This document shows, piece by piece, positions 45,197 to 55,859 of a DNA stretch of 64,000 nucleotides. Each line of letters begins with the position of its first letter. Position 1 is the stretch's first letter. Under the pieces are notes generated by a model that saw nothing but the letters and a program-made list of their open reading frames with translations, did no database searches and had not been told where the DNA came from. The stretch is from Blastocladiella emersonii ATCC 22665. Taxonomy: Eukaryota; Fungi; Blastocladiomycota. The stretch lies in the NCBI GenBank assembly GCA_025594325.1, contig JANHCV010000007.1:1674001-1738000 (forward strand), given 5' to 3'. The translations under genes and the position numbers were made by a program.

Positions 45197-45700
45197 ATGC
45201 TGTCGCTGACCCGCAGCGCCGCCGTGCGCAAGTCCCTGCTCCAGGCCCGCTATGCGTCGACCAAGCCGACGGGCGCCGTGATCGGCATCGACCTCGGCAC
45301 CACCAACTCGTGCGTGGCCGTCATGGAGGGCAAGGAGCCGCGCGTCATCGAGAACGCCGAGGGCACGCGCACCACGCCCTCGGTCGTGGCCTTTGCCAAG
45401 GACGGCGAGCTGCTCGTCGGCAACGCGGCCAAGCGCCAGGCCGTCGTCAACCCCGCCAACACGCTGTTCGCCATCAAGCGCCTCATCGGCCGCAAGTACA
45501 CGGACAAGATCGTGCAGGACGACGCCAAGCACGTGCCCTACAAGATCGTGGCCCACAAGAACGGCGACGCCTGGGTCGAGGCCCGCGGCAAGCAGTACTC
45601 GCCGTCGCAGATCGGCGCCTTCGTGCTCATGAAGATGAAGGAGACGGCCGAGGCCTACCTCGGCAAGTCGGTCAAGGACGCCGTGGTCACGGTCCCCGCC

Positions 45701-45742
<42 letters not shown>

Positions 45743-47231
45743 TCGATCGCCGGCCTCACGGTCCACCGCGTCATCAACGAGCCCACGGCCGCCGCCCTCG
45801 CCTACGGCATGGACAAGAACGCCGACGACAAGGTGATCGCCGTGTACGATCTCGGCGGCGGTACCTTCGATATCTCGATCCTCGAGATGCAGAAGGGCGT
45901 GTTCGAGGTCAAGTCGACCAACGGCGACACGCACCTCGGCGGCGAGGACTTCGACAACTACCTCATCAAGTGGGTCGTCGAGGAGTTCAAGAAGGAGGAG
46001 GGCGTCGACATCTCGGGCGACCGCATGGCCATCCAGCGCGTGCGCGAGGCGTGCGAGAAGGCCAAGATCGAGCTGTCGTCGACCATGCAGACCGACATCA
46101 ACCTGCCCTTCATCACGGCCGACGCGACCGGCCCCAAGCACATCAACTACAAGCTCACCCGCTCCAAGTTCGAGCAGCTCACCAAGGACCTGATCGACCG
46201 CACCGTCGAGCCGTGCAAGAAGGCCCTGCGCGACGCCCAGGTGTCGACCAAGCAGATCGACGAGGTGATCCTCGTCGGCGGCATGTCGCGCATGCCCAAG
46301 GTCCAGACCATGGTCAAGGAACTCTTCGGCCGCGACCCCTCCAAGGGCGTCAACCCCGACGAGGCCGTCGCCATCGGCGCCTCGATCCAGGGCGGTGTCC
46401 TCGCCGGTGACGTGACGGACCTGCTCCTCCTCGACGTGACCCCGCTGTCGCTCGGTATCGAGACCCTCGGCGGCGTCTTCACCCGCCTCATCAACCGCAA
46501 CACCACCATCCCGACCAAGAAGTCGCAGGTCTTCTCCACCGCCGCCGACGGCCAGACCCAGGTCGAGATCCGCGTGTTCCAGGGCGAGCGCGAGCTCGTG
46601 CGCGACAACAAGCTGCTCGGCAACTTCCAGCTCGGCGGCCTCCCGCCCGCGCCCAAGGGTGTGCCCCAGATCGAGGGTACGTCTGCTTTCGCTTCGGTGT
46701 CGCCCGCGTCCATGAGCACCCGACTAACGTTCCCATCATCGCGTAGTCACCTTCGACATTGACGCCGACGGTATCGTCAACGTGTCGGCGTCGGACAAGG
46801 CCACCAACAAGGACACGTCCATCACCATTGCCGGTCAGTCGGGTCTGTCCAAGGACGAGATCGAGTCCATGGTCGCCGACGCCGAGCAGCACAAGGAGTC
46901 GGACGCTGCGCGCCGCGAGTCGATCGAGGAGCGCAACCGCGCCGAGTCGATCATTGCCGATACCGAGAAGTCCATGGACGAGTACAAGGACCACATCAAC
47001 AAGGAGGAGGCCGAGAAGATCAAGACCCAGATCACGGCGCTGCGCGAGACCATGGGCAAGGACGGCATCACGGCCGACCAGATCCGCCAGGCGTACCACG
47101 ACGTGCAGCAGGCGTCGCTCAAGCTGTTCGAGGCCGCCTACAAGGCCCGCGCCTCCAACTCGTCGTCGTCGTCCGACTCGTCGTCGTCCACGTCCGAGGC
47201 CGAGTTCAAGGATGCCGACAAGAAGAACTAA
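45197..47231 (+). CDS. SSC1: Mitochondrial Hsp70 (DnaK-type)
   Basis: Presequence [12 protein letters not shown], then [26 protein letters not shown] and [14 protein letters not shown]; one intron near 46678-46746. Confidence 0.97.
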
Positions 47232-47619
47232 GGTGGTTGGGAGCGCGTTAGGTAGCTGTTAATTGTATGATTCTCTCTCTCTCTTTTTGGGCTCGCGCTG
47301 TCCCTTCGCGGTAGCGACTATATATATATTAATTCCGATCCTACCCTCCTTGCCTCGTCTCCGTCTCCTCTGTCTCGCCGTCGTCCTCGTAGTCAGGGTT
47401 CGTGACGAACGCGTCGCGCGCGCGGCGTAGTTGTCGCGATCAGCACCGGTCACGCGGTCCGTCGCTACGCCTCGGAGCGCGCTGCTGCCGCGTGCAGCCG
47501 GTCCCTCCCTCGACTCGTCCCACACCTCGTTCACGACGTATCCTTGCCACGCCGCACCCTGCAACGTAATCAAACAACCGCACCCCGTGCAACGCATCAA
47601 CGCATCGACCACCGTAACC

Positions 47620-48399
47620 ATGTCTGAGATCGAGGTCACCACCGCGCCCGCCGCTGTCGCTGCTCCCGAGACCGCGGAGGCGGCGGCGGCGGCCCCGTCG
47701 GGCGAGTGCCACCCGCTCCACTGCCGCTGGACCGTGTCGTACAACGGGCCGTCCAAGAACAAGACCAACTGGGAGGAGAACGTCAAGACGGTCATGCACC
47801 TCGAGACGGTCGAGGATTTCTGGGGGTCCGTTGTTCACTCCTCGAGATGAGCGAGCACACGCGTGCGCGACGTGGCTCTCGTCGACGAGAGGAGAGACGC
47901 GCGCGCGCGCTCGTACGCGTCCATGAGGCCGCGGAAACGCTGACCCGCCCGCGCGCGCGCCCGACGTAGGCTGTTCAACAACATCCCGAGGGTCGACGAG
48001 CTAGCGCCGTCGTCCGACTACAACCTGTTCCGCGAGGGGATTTTCCCTGGTTGGGAGGACGCGGCGAACCGCGAGGGCGGCAAGTGGCTCGTGGCCGTGG
48101 GCGGGAACGATCTGTCGACGCTGTCGCGCATGTGGATGGACTCGTGCATGTTCGCGATCGGCGAGCAGTTTGTCGACACGCAGGAGATCTGCGGCATCGT
48201 GGTCTCGGTGCGCGCCCGCGGCAACAAGCTGTGCCTGTGGACGCGGACAGCGGTCGACGAGGAGAAGACCAAGGCGCTCGGCCGGAAATGGAAGGCCGCC
48301 CTCGGGCTCAAGGCCGACCAGGCGATCAAGTACCAGTTCCACTCCGAGTCGCTCCAGACGCAGCGGTCATTCCCCAAGGGCGACGCGTACACGGTCTAG
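47620..48399 (+). CDS. eIF4E: Translation initiation factor 4E family protein
   Basis: HPLHCRWT, TVEDFWG/LFNNI, DYNLFREGIFPGWED.N.EGGKW, ICGIVVSVR, LWT; one intron. Confidence 0.93.
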
Positions 48400-48745
48400 G
48401 TCGCCGTGAGGGTCGCGCCGGATCGCGTCGTGTGTGTACAGATCTGTCCACGAGCTCGAGGGCGGGGGTCTCCCCCTCGCCGAATGTCGTATACTACTCC
48501 ATAATCATCATCCCCATCATTTCATTCCATTCGCTGGCCATGCGAGTATTTTTCCATCATCCGCGAGGGTCGAGCGAGCGAGCTGCCACTCCCATCACGG
48601 GTCAGATGCCCGCCTTGTTTTGCGCTCCGCCTCTCGCTCCGCCGTCGCCGTGCCGGCCGCGACCGATCCTTGACCGCGACGATACCGACGTTAGTGCACC
48701 CGTACCACGCCGCCACGCATCGTGACCCCCTGCATTACCTCTACC

Positions 48746-49066
48746 ATGGCTTCGTTCCTCGGCTACAAGCTCTACCCGACCGCCATGGTCAAGCCCTTCC
48801 GCATGTTCGCCATCGGCGGCGTCGTCACCTGGGGTCTCCTCTACAAGGCGCGCGAGGGCATGATGGCCGCTGCTGCCAGTACGTTGGGATGACGAGTAGT
48901 GTGGGATGGATGGACTCGTGCTGACGGCCGTGATCGCCCGCTCGTTGCTCGTGCTACTCGTCCAGGCGCTCCCGCTGGTACGCTCGCTCGCCTTGCGCTC
49001 GACCGCGCCCGCATACCTGGTCCCTGACGTGCGCCCACTTGTCATGTAGCCCCCAAGCACCACTAA
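48746..49066 (+). CDS. ATP18: ATP synthase subunit i/j-like small membrane protein
   Basis: MASFLGYKLYPTAMVKPFRMFAIGGVVTWGLLYKAREGMM resembles fungal subunit j. Predicted exons 48746-48878, 48966-48977 and 49050-49066. Confidence 0.6.
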
Positions 49067-50144
49067 GTCGCTCGGGACCGACCGGCTCGCGCCGCGCGCT
49101 GCTGACCTCGCCGCGGTCGGATCCTGACTCGTCGCCACGAGGTACGTGGACCTCTTCCGTGCGTCACTCCCGCGTCCACGCCGCTGACGCGCTCCCTGCC
49201 GCGTGTGTGAGTAGCCGGACCGACGCCCGAGTGCTGCTGCGCGCGCGTCGTGTGTCGCCAGTTTCGCTGTTTATTTCACCTCCCCCCCTCGTCCTCTTCT
49301 ACCCCAAATACTCGTTGTCTACCCCCACCACCTATCGCTCGCTCTCGTGGATAATCCGCACGCACGTTTTGAATGTCGGATTCCCGCTGCGGCACGCGAT
49401 TGTTTCCTCCACCGCTCGGTTCGGCTCGCCGAGTCGTGGTACCTCGGCGACGCGAGAGAAGGTCACGGTTCAGGATCAGGGTGGCCATGGTCGCGTCGCT
49501 CGTTCGCGAGCGGCTCTTGGAGAAACTGGTCGAGGCGATCAGCTTCGCTCGCGACGTGGCCATGGTCGGTGGTCGCCGCCTCTGCAGCCGTCTTTCGTGA
49601 GCATTCCATCCCTGAGCGACGCGTTGTTCGAGTCTCGCGTCAGTGTCGGTGCTGGCCATGGCCCTCGTTAGCAGCTGCTTGTGGTTAGTGAACAAAGTGA
49701 GCCTTGACGAGAGCGCGGTCGCGCATGTCCTCGACGGCCGCGGCCACCGTGGCCATGGCCACTGTCTCCCGCCTCCTCGTGTCCGCGGCCGTGACCATGG
49801 CCACCGCTGCCAGGGCCATCGCGACCGACGCGTGGAAGGCCGACGTGGCTGGCCGAAGCGGGTGCGAAAACCGCTCAGTGCGCGATTTCTCGTGGCGCTG
49901 CGCCGTTGAGGGGTTTTCGCCCGCGCGCCGTGCGCGATTTGTTCCTCTCTCCCACACCCTCGCCCAACGTTGAGGCACTTTTTCTCATGGATCGCGACCC
50001 GTGGTGAGCGGTTTGTCGGCCGGCCGCGCGTACAAAAGGCGGGCGGGCCCCGCGCCCTCTCCCTCTCGCTCAACACCATCATCAACCCAACCTGATCCAC
50101 GCAACGCAACGCAACGCAACAACCACCAACCACCACCAACCACC

Positions 50145-50981
50145 ATGTCGTCGCCCGCCACCTCCCCGTTCCCGTGCACCTGCACCCAGTGCGACTGCAA
50201 GGGCGTCAAGTCGGCGGCGTGCACCTGCAACAACTGCACGTGCTGCGCCAAGGCCGAGGCGTGCACCTGCGACAAGTGCGCGTGCGCCGGGACCGGCAAG
50301 AAGACCGACGCGTGCACCTGCACCGAGTGCACCTGCTGCGCCGGCAAGTCGGCTGCCGCCGCGCCGTCCGCGTCCTGCTGCTCGACCAAGTCGGCCGATT
50401 GCACCTGCGCGTCGTGCAGCTGCGACGGGACCAAGGGCGCGTCGTGCACCTGCACCACCTGCACCTGTGGCTCGACCAAGGCCAAGACGGCGACCTGCAC
50501 GTGCGACAAGTGCGACTGCAAGGGCACCAAGTCGGCGTCGTGCACCTGCACCGAGTGCACTTGCTGCGCCGGCAAGCAGACGGCCGCGTCGGCATCGTCG
50601 TCGTCGGCGTGCTGCTCGACCAAGTCGGCCGACTGCACCTGCGCGTCGTGCAGCTGCGACGGCACCAAGAGCGCGTCGTGCATCTGCTCGTCGTGCTCGT
50701 GCGGTTCCTCCAAGGCCAAGGCGTGCTGCTCGACCAAGGCCGCCGATTGCACCTGCACCGAGTGCAACTGCGACGGTACCAAGGGCGAGTCCTGCACCTG
50801 CACCACCTGCACCTGCGGCTCGTCCAAGACCAAGGCCGAGACCTGCACGTGCGACAAGTGCGACTGCAAGGGCGTCAAGTCGGCGTCGTGCACCTGCACC
50901 GAGTGCACGTGCTGCGCCGGCAAGCAGGCCGAGCCCGCGGCGGCGGCGTCGTGCTGCGCGACCAAGGCCGGCTGCTGCTAA
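50145..50981 (+). CDS. Very long metallothionein-like protein, 278 aa, 70 Cys
   Basis: CACC-ATG start, intronless, 14 CxCxxCxC modules and 5 CC pairs, no His, one aromatic residue, codons almost all C/G-ending. Confidence 0.9.
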   Translation: MSSPATSPFPCTCTQCDCKGVKSAACTCNNCTCCAKAEACTCDKCACAGTGKKTDACTCTECTCCAGKSAAAAPSASCCSTKSADCTCASCSCDGTKGASCTCTTCTCGSTKAKTATCTCDKCDCKGTKSASCTCTECTCCAGKQTAASASSSSACCSTKSADCTCASCSCDGTKSASCICSSCSCGSSKAKACCSTKAADCTCTECNCDGTKGESCTCTTCTCGSSKTKAETCTCDKCDCKGVKSASCTCTECTCCAGKQAEPAAAASCCATKAGCC

Positions 50982-51516
50982 GCTCGCCGACTGTGCGCCC
51001 TGATGATGGGCGCGGATTGGAGTGTGAAGTCTGTCGAAATATATATGATCCAACTGAACATGATCTCGATGCCTGCCTGAACGAGTGACCGGGTGAGTGA
51101 CCAACTTGCTCGACTGTGCGAGCGGTGGGCGTGGTGTGAACGTCCTCCTTGAGATTGAGCTGATGCCGACGTAAACCTTCGCCACGCACGACTTGACTTG
51201 ACGTTGAGAGTCCGGGTTTGACACGGCCCAAGGGCGGGCGACAGGACAGCGGTGCGCGATGGTGATCTTGCTCCGCGAGGTCGAGTCCACGCTGACGTGG
51301 GCCGCTTCCACTCACTCACGTCGAACATTGAGCGTGACACGACCGAAGCGCGAGCTCGTCAACCGCGAGCTCGTGGTCGGTGAAGGGCGAGGCTGCGGCG
51401 ATGCCCTCAGAGTAGTGATCAGACAGAGAGACGACGGAAGGACGGGTTCGGCAACAGGAGCGTAGTTTGTATATCAATCACAGCAAGGGAACAACAGCGC
51501 AACACTCCGTGACACC

Positions 51517-52434
51517 TTACAGCCGCGCGCGCAGACCGCCGACCGCGGGCGCCGTGGCGGCCTCGACGTAGGTGCGCCAGCACGCGCCGCCGAGGTCGAC
51601 GGGGAAGTGGACGCGGTCGGCGAGCTCGTAGAGCGGCGACTCGAGCACGGCGCGCGTCGTGATGCTGTCCGAGTCGTCGGCCTTCTGCCGCCGATTATAC
51701 GTCAGCACGAGCTGCTGGACCGCGGCCGCCGGCACGCCCAGCGCCGTCGCCATGGCCGCGGCCGTGGCCACCCCACCCGTCGCGCAGACCACGGGCGTCG
51801 CGGACCCCTCGATGTTGGGCGCGGTCCCGTTGTACGCGACGTGCGTCAGGACCAGGTTCGCGACCACGTCCGCGGGCAGCGACGTCGCCGTCACCTTGGC
51901 GCTCGCGGCCGGCGCACCAGCGGGCGTCCACCCGAGGTACGGCGTGCGCAGCGCCGGGCCGACGGTGTCGGGGACCTTGACGATGAGGTCGGCGGCCGTG
52001 GCGGACGTCTTGGCGGTCTCGGTCTCGGCGAGCGGCGCGACAATGGCGGTGAAGCGGCGCGGGGCGACGGTGGCGGCGACGGACTCGGCGGCGACGGTCG
52101 AGTGGCACAGGGCAATGTCGATGGGTTCGCCGGCGGCGGCCGCGGCGGCAGCCAGGTCGTGCACGACGCACAGGCGGCGGTCCTGGGTGACGGCGGGCGA
52201 CAGCGCGGTGCCGGTGCGGTGCACGTAGTAGACGGCGAGCAGCGGCAGGCGCAGCAGCGCGCGGATCAGCGACTCGTCGAGCGCCAGCGACGCGCTCGCC
52301 GTCACGAGCACCCGCGAACCGACGAACGTGCGCGCGATGCGGCCCTCGTCCACGGCGCGCGGCGAGCAGTCGACGTTGGCCCACCGGCGCAGCGCCGACG
52401 TCGGCGTCGAGGAGTGCATGGCGGTCGGGATCAT
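51517..52434 (-). CDS. Degenerate fatty acyl-CoA reductase / extended SDR-like protein
   Basis: RVLVTASASL (Rossmann strand lacking its glycines), LPADVVANLVL and FPVDLGGACWRTYV resemble FAR NAD_binding_4 and Sterile-domain motifs. Confidence 0.5.
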   Translation of the reverse strand: MIPTAMHSSTPTSALRRWANVDCSPRAVDEGRIARTFVGSRVLVTASASLALDESLIRALLRLPLLAVYYVHRTGTALSPAVTQDRRLCVVHDLAAAAAAAGEPIDIALCHSTVAAESVAATVAPRRFTAIVAPLAETETAKTSATAADLIVKVPDTVGPALRTPYLGWTPAGAPAASAKVTATSLPADVVANLVLTHVAYNGTAPNIEGSATPVVCATGGVATAAAMATALGVPAAAVQQLVLTYNRRQKADDSDSITTRAVLESPLYELADRVHFPVDLGGACWRTYVEAATAPAVGGLRARL

Positions 52435-52895
52435 GGTGTTGAGGTTGGTTGTTGATTCGTGGAATGATGGAGCTGGGTGTGAGCGTGAAGGAGGGAGAGG
52501 GAGGCGGGCGATCGGTGCATCTTAAGTAGTCGCTGCGCTCGCTGCTCCCGTCGCAAGTGTTGTTGTTGTTGTTCTCGGTGGTGGTCGGCGCCAAGCGATG
52601 GATCCAAGTTCCCAAGTGAGGCCGCGGGCTTGGGCGCTGACGGACGGGAACCAAGCAAGTCGACGCGAAACGCGGTGCGCGGCGCGGAGTCATCACCGCT
52701 GACGCGGCCCCAGGAAACGGCAGCGGGTGCCAGCCGGCTTTTTGGAGCCAAGCCGCGCTACTGCGGACGGGGCCACTCACCGTGCACGGATAAGCTGCCT
52801 CTATCGCTGAGGGGCACGAGCTGCAGAGTCATCCCATCGCTCGCTCGTGCTGATGGCCAGCGAACGTGTTAAGCACGGTTCTCGCTCCTTCAGCA

Positions 52896-53032
52896 TGGTG
52901 AGGATCACGCAGCGCATGGACTCCCGGCCGTGAGGACCTGAAAGAGCTAGGCTGTCGCAGCCGCTCGCGGCGCGAGAGACACGGCCGGCAGGCGTCCGCG
53001 AGACTGAGTGGTGAGGATCACGCAACGCATGG
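52896..53032 (+). repeat. 24-bp direct repeat pair in a divergent intergenic region
   Basis: TGGTGAGGATCACGCA(G/A)CGCATGG at 52896-52919 and 53009-53032. Confidence 0.85.
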
Positions 53033-53466
53033 GCTGCCTGCGCTGCGGCCCTGAGGAGCGAGGCCATGACCGCTGCTGAGTGTTCGCGGTGCGGGACACG
53101 CACGGCCTCCAGGCGCCCGCGGCCGCCAGCCTGGAGCACCGGCAGCGGGTGCCGGGTCAACGTGCCGGCCGACGTGTGCGCCTCAGCGTCGCGCTGCGGA
53201 ACGATGCAGAAGGTTCAGCCCGCGTTTGTCAGCGCGGCGTGGGAGCGGCGACGTGGCAAGCGACGATCGGTCAGCATGAGAACTCGGCGCACGGGGTTTT
53301 GGGCTGAGCAGATCAACACGCTTGCGAGACGCGTTTCCGCCGGACCGCCGCTCGCCCGTGCACAAAACCTTGGCCTCCCCCGCGCTCCCCTCCTTCTCTC
53401 GCTCAAGAAACCGGCACACGGAACACCACCGTCTGCAACGTATCTGTCAACCAAGAAGCAACCACC

Positions 53467-53996
53467 ATGTCGACCGCCATCACCCTCCCCGCCGACTACG
53501 GCTATGTGATCCTGGCCCTCGCCGGTACTTGAGCTCTCCCCTGTTCCCCGAGGAGCTCTTGCAGTCGAAACATGACTGACGCAGGTTCCTGTGGTCGGTA
53601 GCCATCGCGTTCCACTACCAGTTCGCGTCGCGCTACATCCCGGGCCTCCGCAAGGAGCTCAAGATCGAGTACCCCGACATGGGCTGCGGCATCTACGCCA
53701 AGAAGCTCTCCGACAAGGACTGGGTGCGCTTTGGGAATGCGCAGCGAGTCCACCAGAACTACCTCGAGCAGCTGCCCAACACGCTGCTGTTCACGGCCTT
53801 CTCGGGCCTGTTCCAGCCCAAGGTCACGGCTGGCCTCGCCGTGTCGTACATCATCGGCCGCGAGATCTATACCCAGGGCTACTTCAAGAGCGGCCCTCGC
53901 TCCCGCCTGTACGGCGCCCCGTTCATCTACACGGGGTACCTCGGCATGTTCGGAATCATGGTTTGGGGCGCCGCCAAGTCGGTCGGCCTCTTCTGA
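53467..53996 (+). CDS. MAPEG family protein (microsomal GST3-like)
   Basis: LPADYGYV, IEYPDMG, FGNAQRVHQNYLEQLP, GREIYTQGY; one intron. Confidence 0.9.
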
Positions 53997-55859
53997 GCGC
54001 GCCGTCGCCGACTCGCGCGTGTCGCGCGGTTCTGCGATTGTGAGCGAGCGGCTGCGGCTGCGAGTTTTGTCGATTGACCATTGATATAACCGAATGCTAG
54101 TCAACTTCGCACGCGCTGAGTATGAACATCGCTGACGCTGATTGCCCGCGAAGGTGCCCAGAGACCAGCTCGCCGTGGCTTCGACCACATCCTCGCCCAG
54201 AAGCCGTCTCGAGTGCACCGTCGAAAGGTAACGGCTTCGTGTCGTTCGCAGCTCCTCTCACGGTGCAGGTGTTCGACGCGAGAAGAGTCCACGTTTGTCA
54301 GCTAACGTGGTGCTCGCCACGGCGAGACGGCTCGTTCGACACAACTCGAACCGCACACGGCGCACGCGTCGTCGACAGCGTGCGACCGGAAGCGGCCAGA
54401 TGTCTCGCGCACTCTGCGAGACAGCGACGCGTCTATCACGTGGGACGCGTCGACACCCCCGAGTTGGGACCCCGTCGCAGCTCATCAGGCGCTCTTACGC
54501 AAGTTTTCTGCGGTCGCAACTTGACCGTTTGCACGATGGATGGCCGCGTGCCGCGCTTCAACACTTGACCGTCTGTCGTTCGCGACGCGATGACGCGATG
54601 GGTAGTGCCATGGTTACGGTCTCGCTCGGCATCGCATGGAGCACCGCTTACGTCAAGAAAGACAAGGGTTGCCGAGACGAGCGAGAGTAGGATATCGTTT
54701 GCTTGTGTTGTTCGAGCTTCTGGTGCAGCAGCGCAGGGGCGACGACACATCACATTCATGATCAAACCAGTCGAGTCGGCGTGGCCATGGTCGCCGCCCG
54801 ACCGCAGCTCACTTCTCGGATGCATTCTCGGATGTTCAGCGCGAGTCATACGCGGGAACGAACGCTCCCCCGCACCATGGTTCCGCAGAGCGCGGCCGCG
54901 GGCACCGCCACAAACGGGCCGAGCCGGCCGACGCGGATCTTATGAAGTGACGAAGCAGGAGGCTTGGCAAGCTCGAAGCACCAGAACGTGGCTTTTTCCG
55001 CGGCCAGCGAGCGCCGACACCCGCGAGGGCGCCGCGGGCGCGCGTTGCTGCCGGCCATCCAGCACCGCGGCGTGCAGCCGGCCGTGGTGGCCGCCGTGGC
55101 CGCCGTGACCCGGCCGGCGCCATTGTTCGCCGTGGGCCGCGCTTTATTAGACTATCGTCGAGGCCCGCTTGGGCCGAAGTCCGCGGAGATCAAAAGGACA
55201 GCAGATCCGCGCATCCCGCGACTGGGGCCTCGTCGCCGACTCCCGCTCTCTTCCTCTGCTTGGTCGCTCTGTTCCTCGCCAGCGTGGTCCCACGCAGTCT
55301 CGGTCGGTCGCCATCACCGTCTTCATCAAGCTCGCGCGCGCACACGGCCATCGCTGTGCTCCCTGATCCCCGCTCTACCTGCCTGCCCGCGTCGCCCTCG
55401 ATCCGGCATCCGCGTCCGCGCCTGGATCAGACCTCTGTTCGTCGCGACCATTTCTCCGCTGTGAGGCGCGGCCTGCCTGCCCTCGTCCGCCCCACCGCCG
55501 CCCGCGTCCGCCGCTCGAGCGGAGGCCCGCCGTTGCCCATTAGAGCGGACCGCGTCGATCCGCCGTCGCGCCCCGCCCTCGTCTGTGGCGCCCTCCGCTT
55601 CCCCGCATTCCACCGCTCATCGAGTCCTCGGCCTGGTGCCGTGCCCCTGGCTCATCTCGTACGTGTCTGCCTGTCCCTCTTTGACGCGTCGCGCGACGCG
55701 TCGCATCGCGGTGCCGATGGCCGTCATCGGCGGCCGGCCGGCGGGCGCCGCAGCAGCAGCAGCGCGCGTCAGCGGCCCACGGCGCGCGGCCGTTTCCCCT
55801 CTCCCCGAAATGAAGATGCTGACGCCTGTCCGGCTCGATGCAGCGCCCCAGTCCGTGCA

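Noticed and set aside
44591-46141. 516-aa antisense ORF over HSP70
   Set aside because: Known shadow ORF of GC-rich dnaK/HSP70 genes (the disputed antisense NAD-GDH); explained by sense-strand codon bias.
49480-49830. Cluster of GGCCATGG/GGCCAC motifs
   Set aside because: Irregular spacing and GC-rich low complexity; no consistent repeat unit.
49985-51088. His/Gln/Val-rich and Arg/Leu-rich repetitive ORFs overlapping the metallothionein
   Set aside because: Alternative-frame and antisense shadows of the TGC-ACC repeat. Only the Cys frame has a Kozak-like start and typical codon use.
52896-52919. Resemblance of ATGGTGAGGATCAC to the MS2 operator hairpin
   Set aside because: Partial coincidence; the flanking stem does not match.
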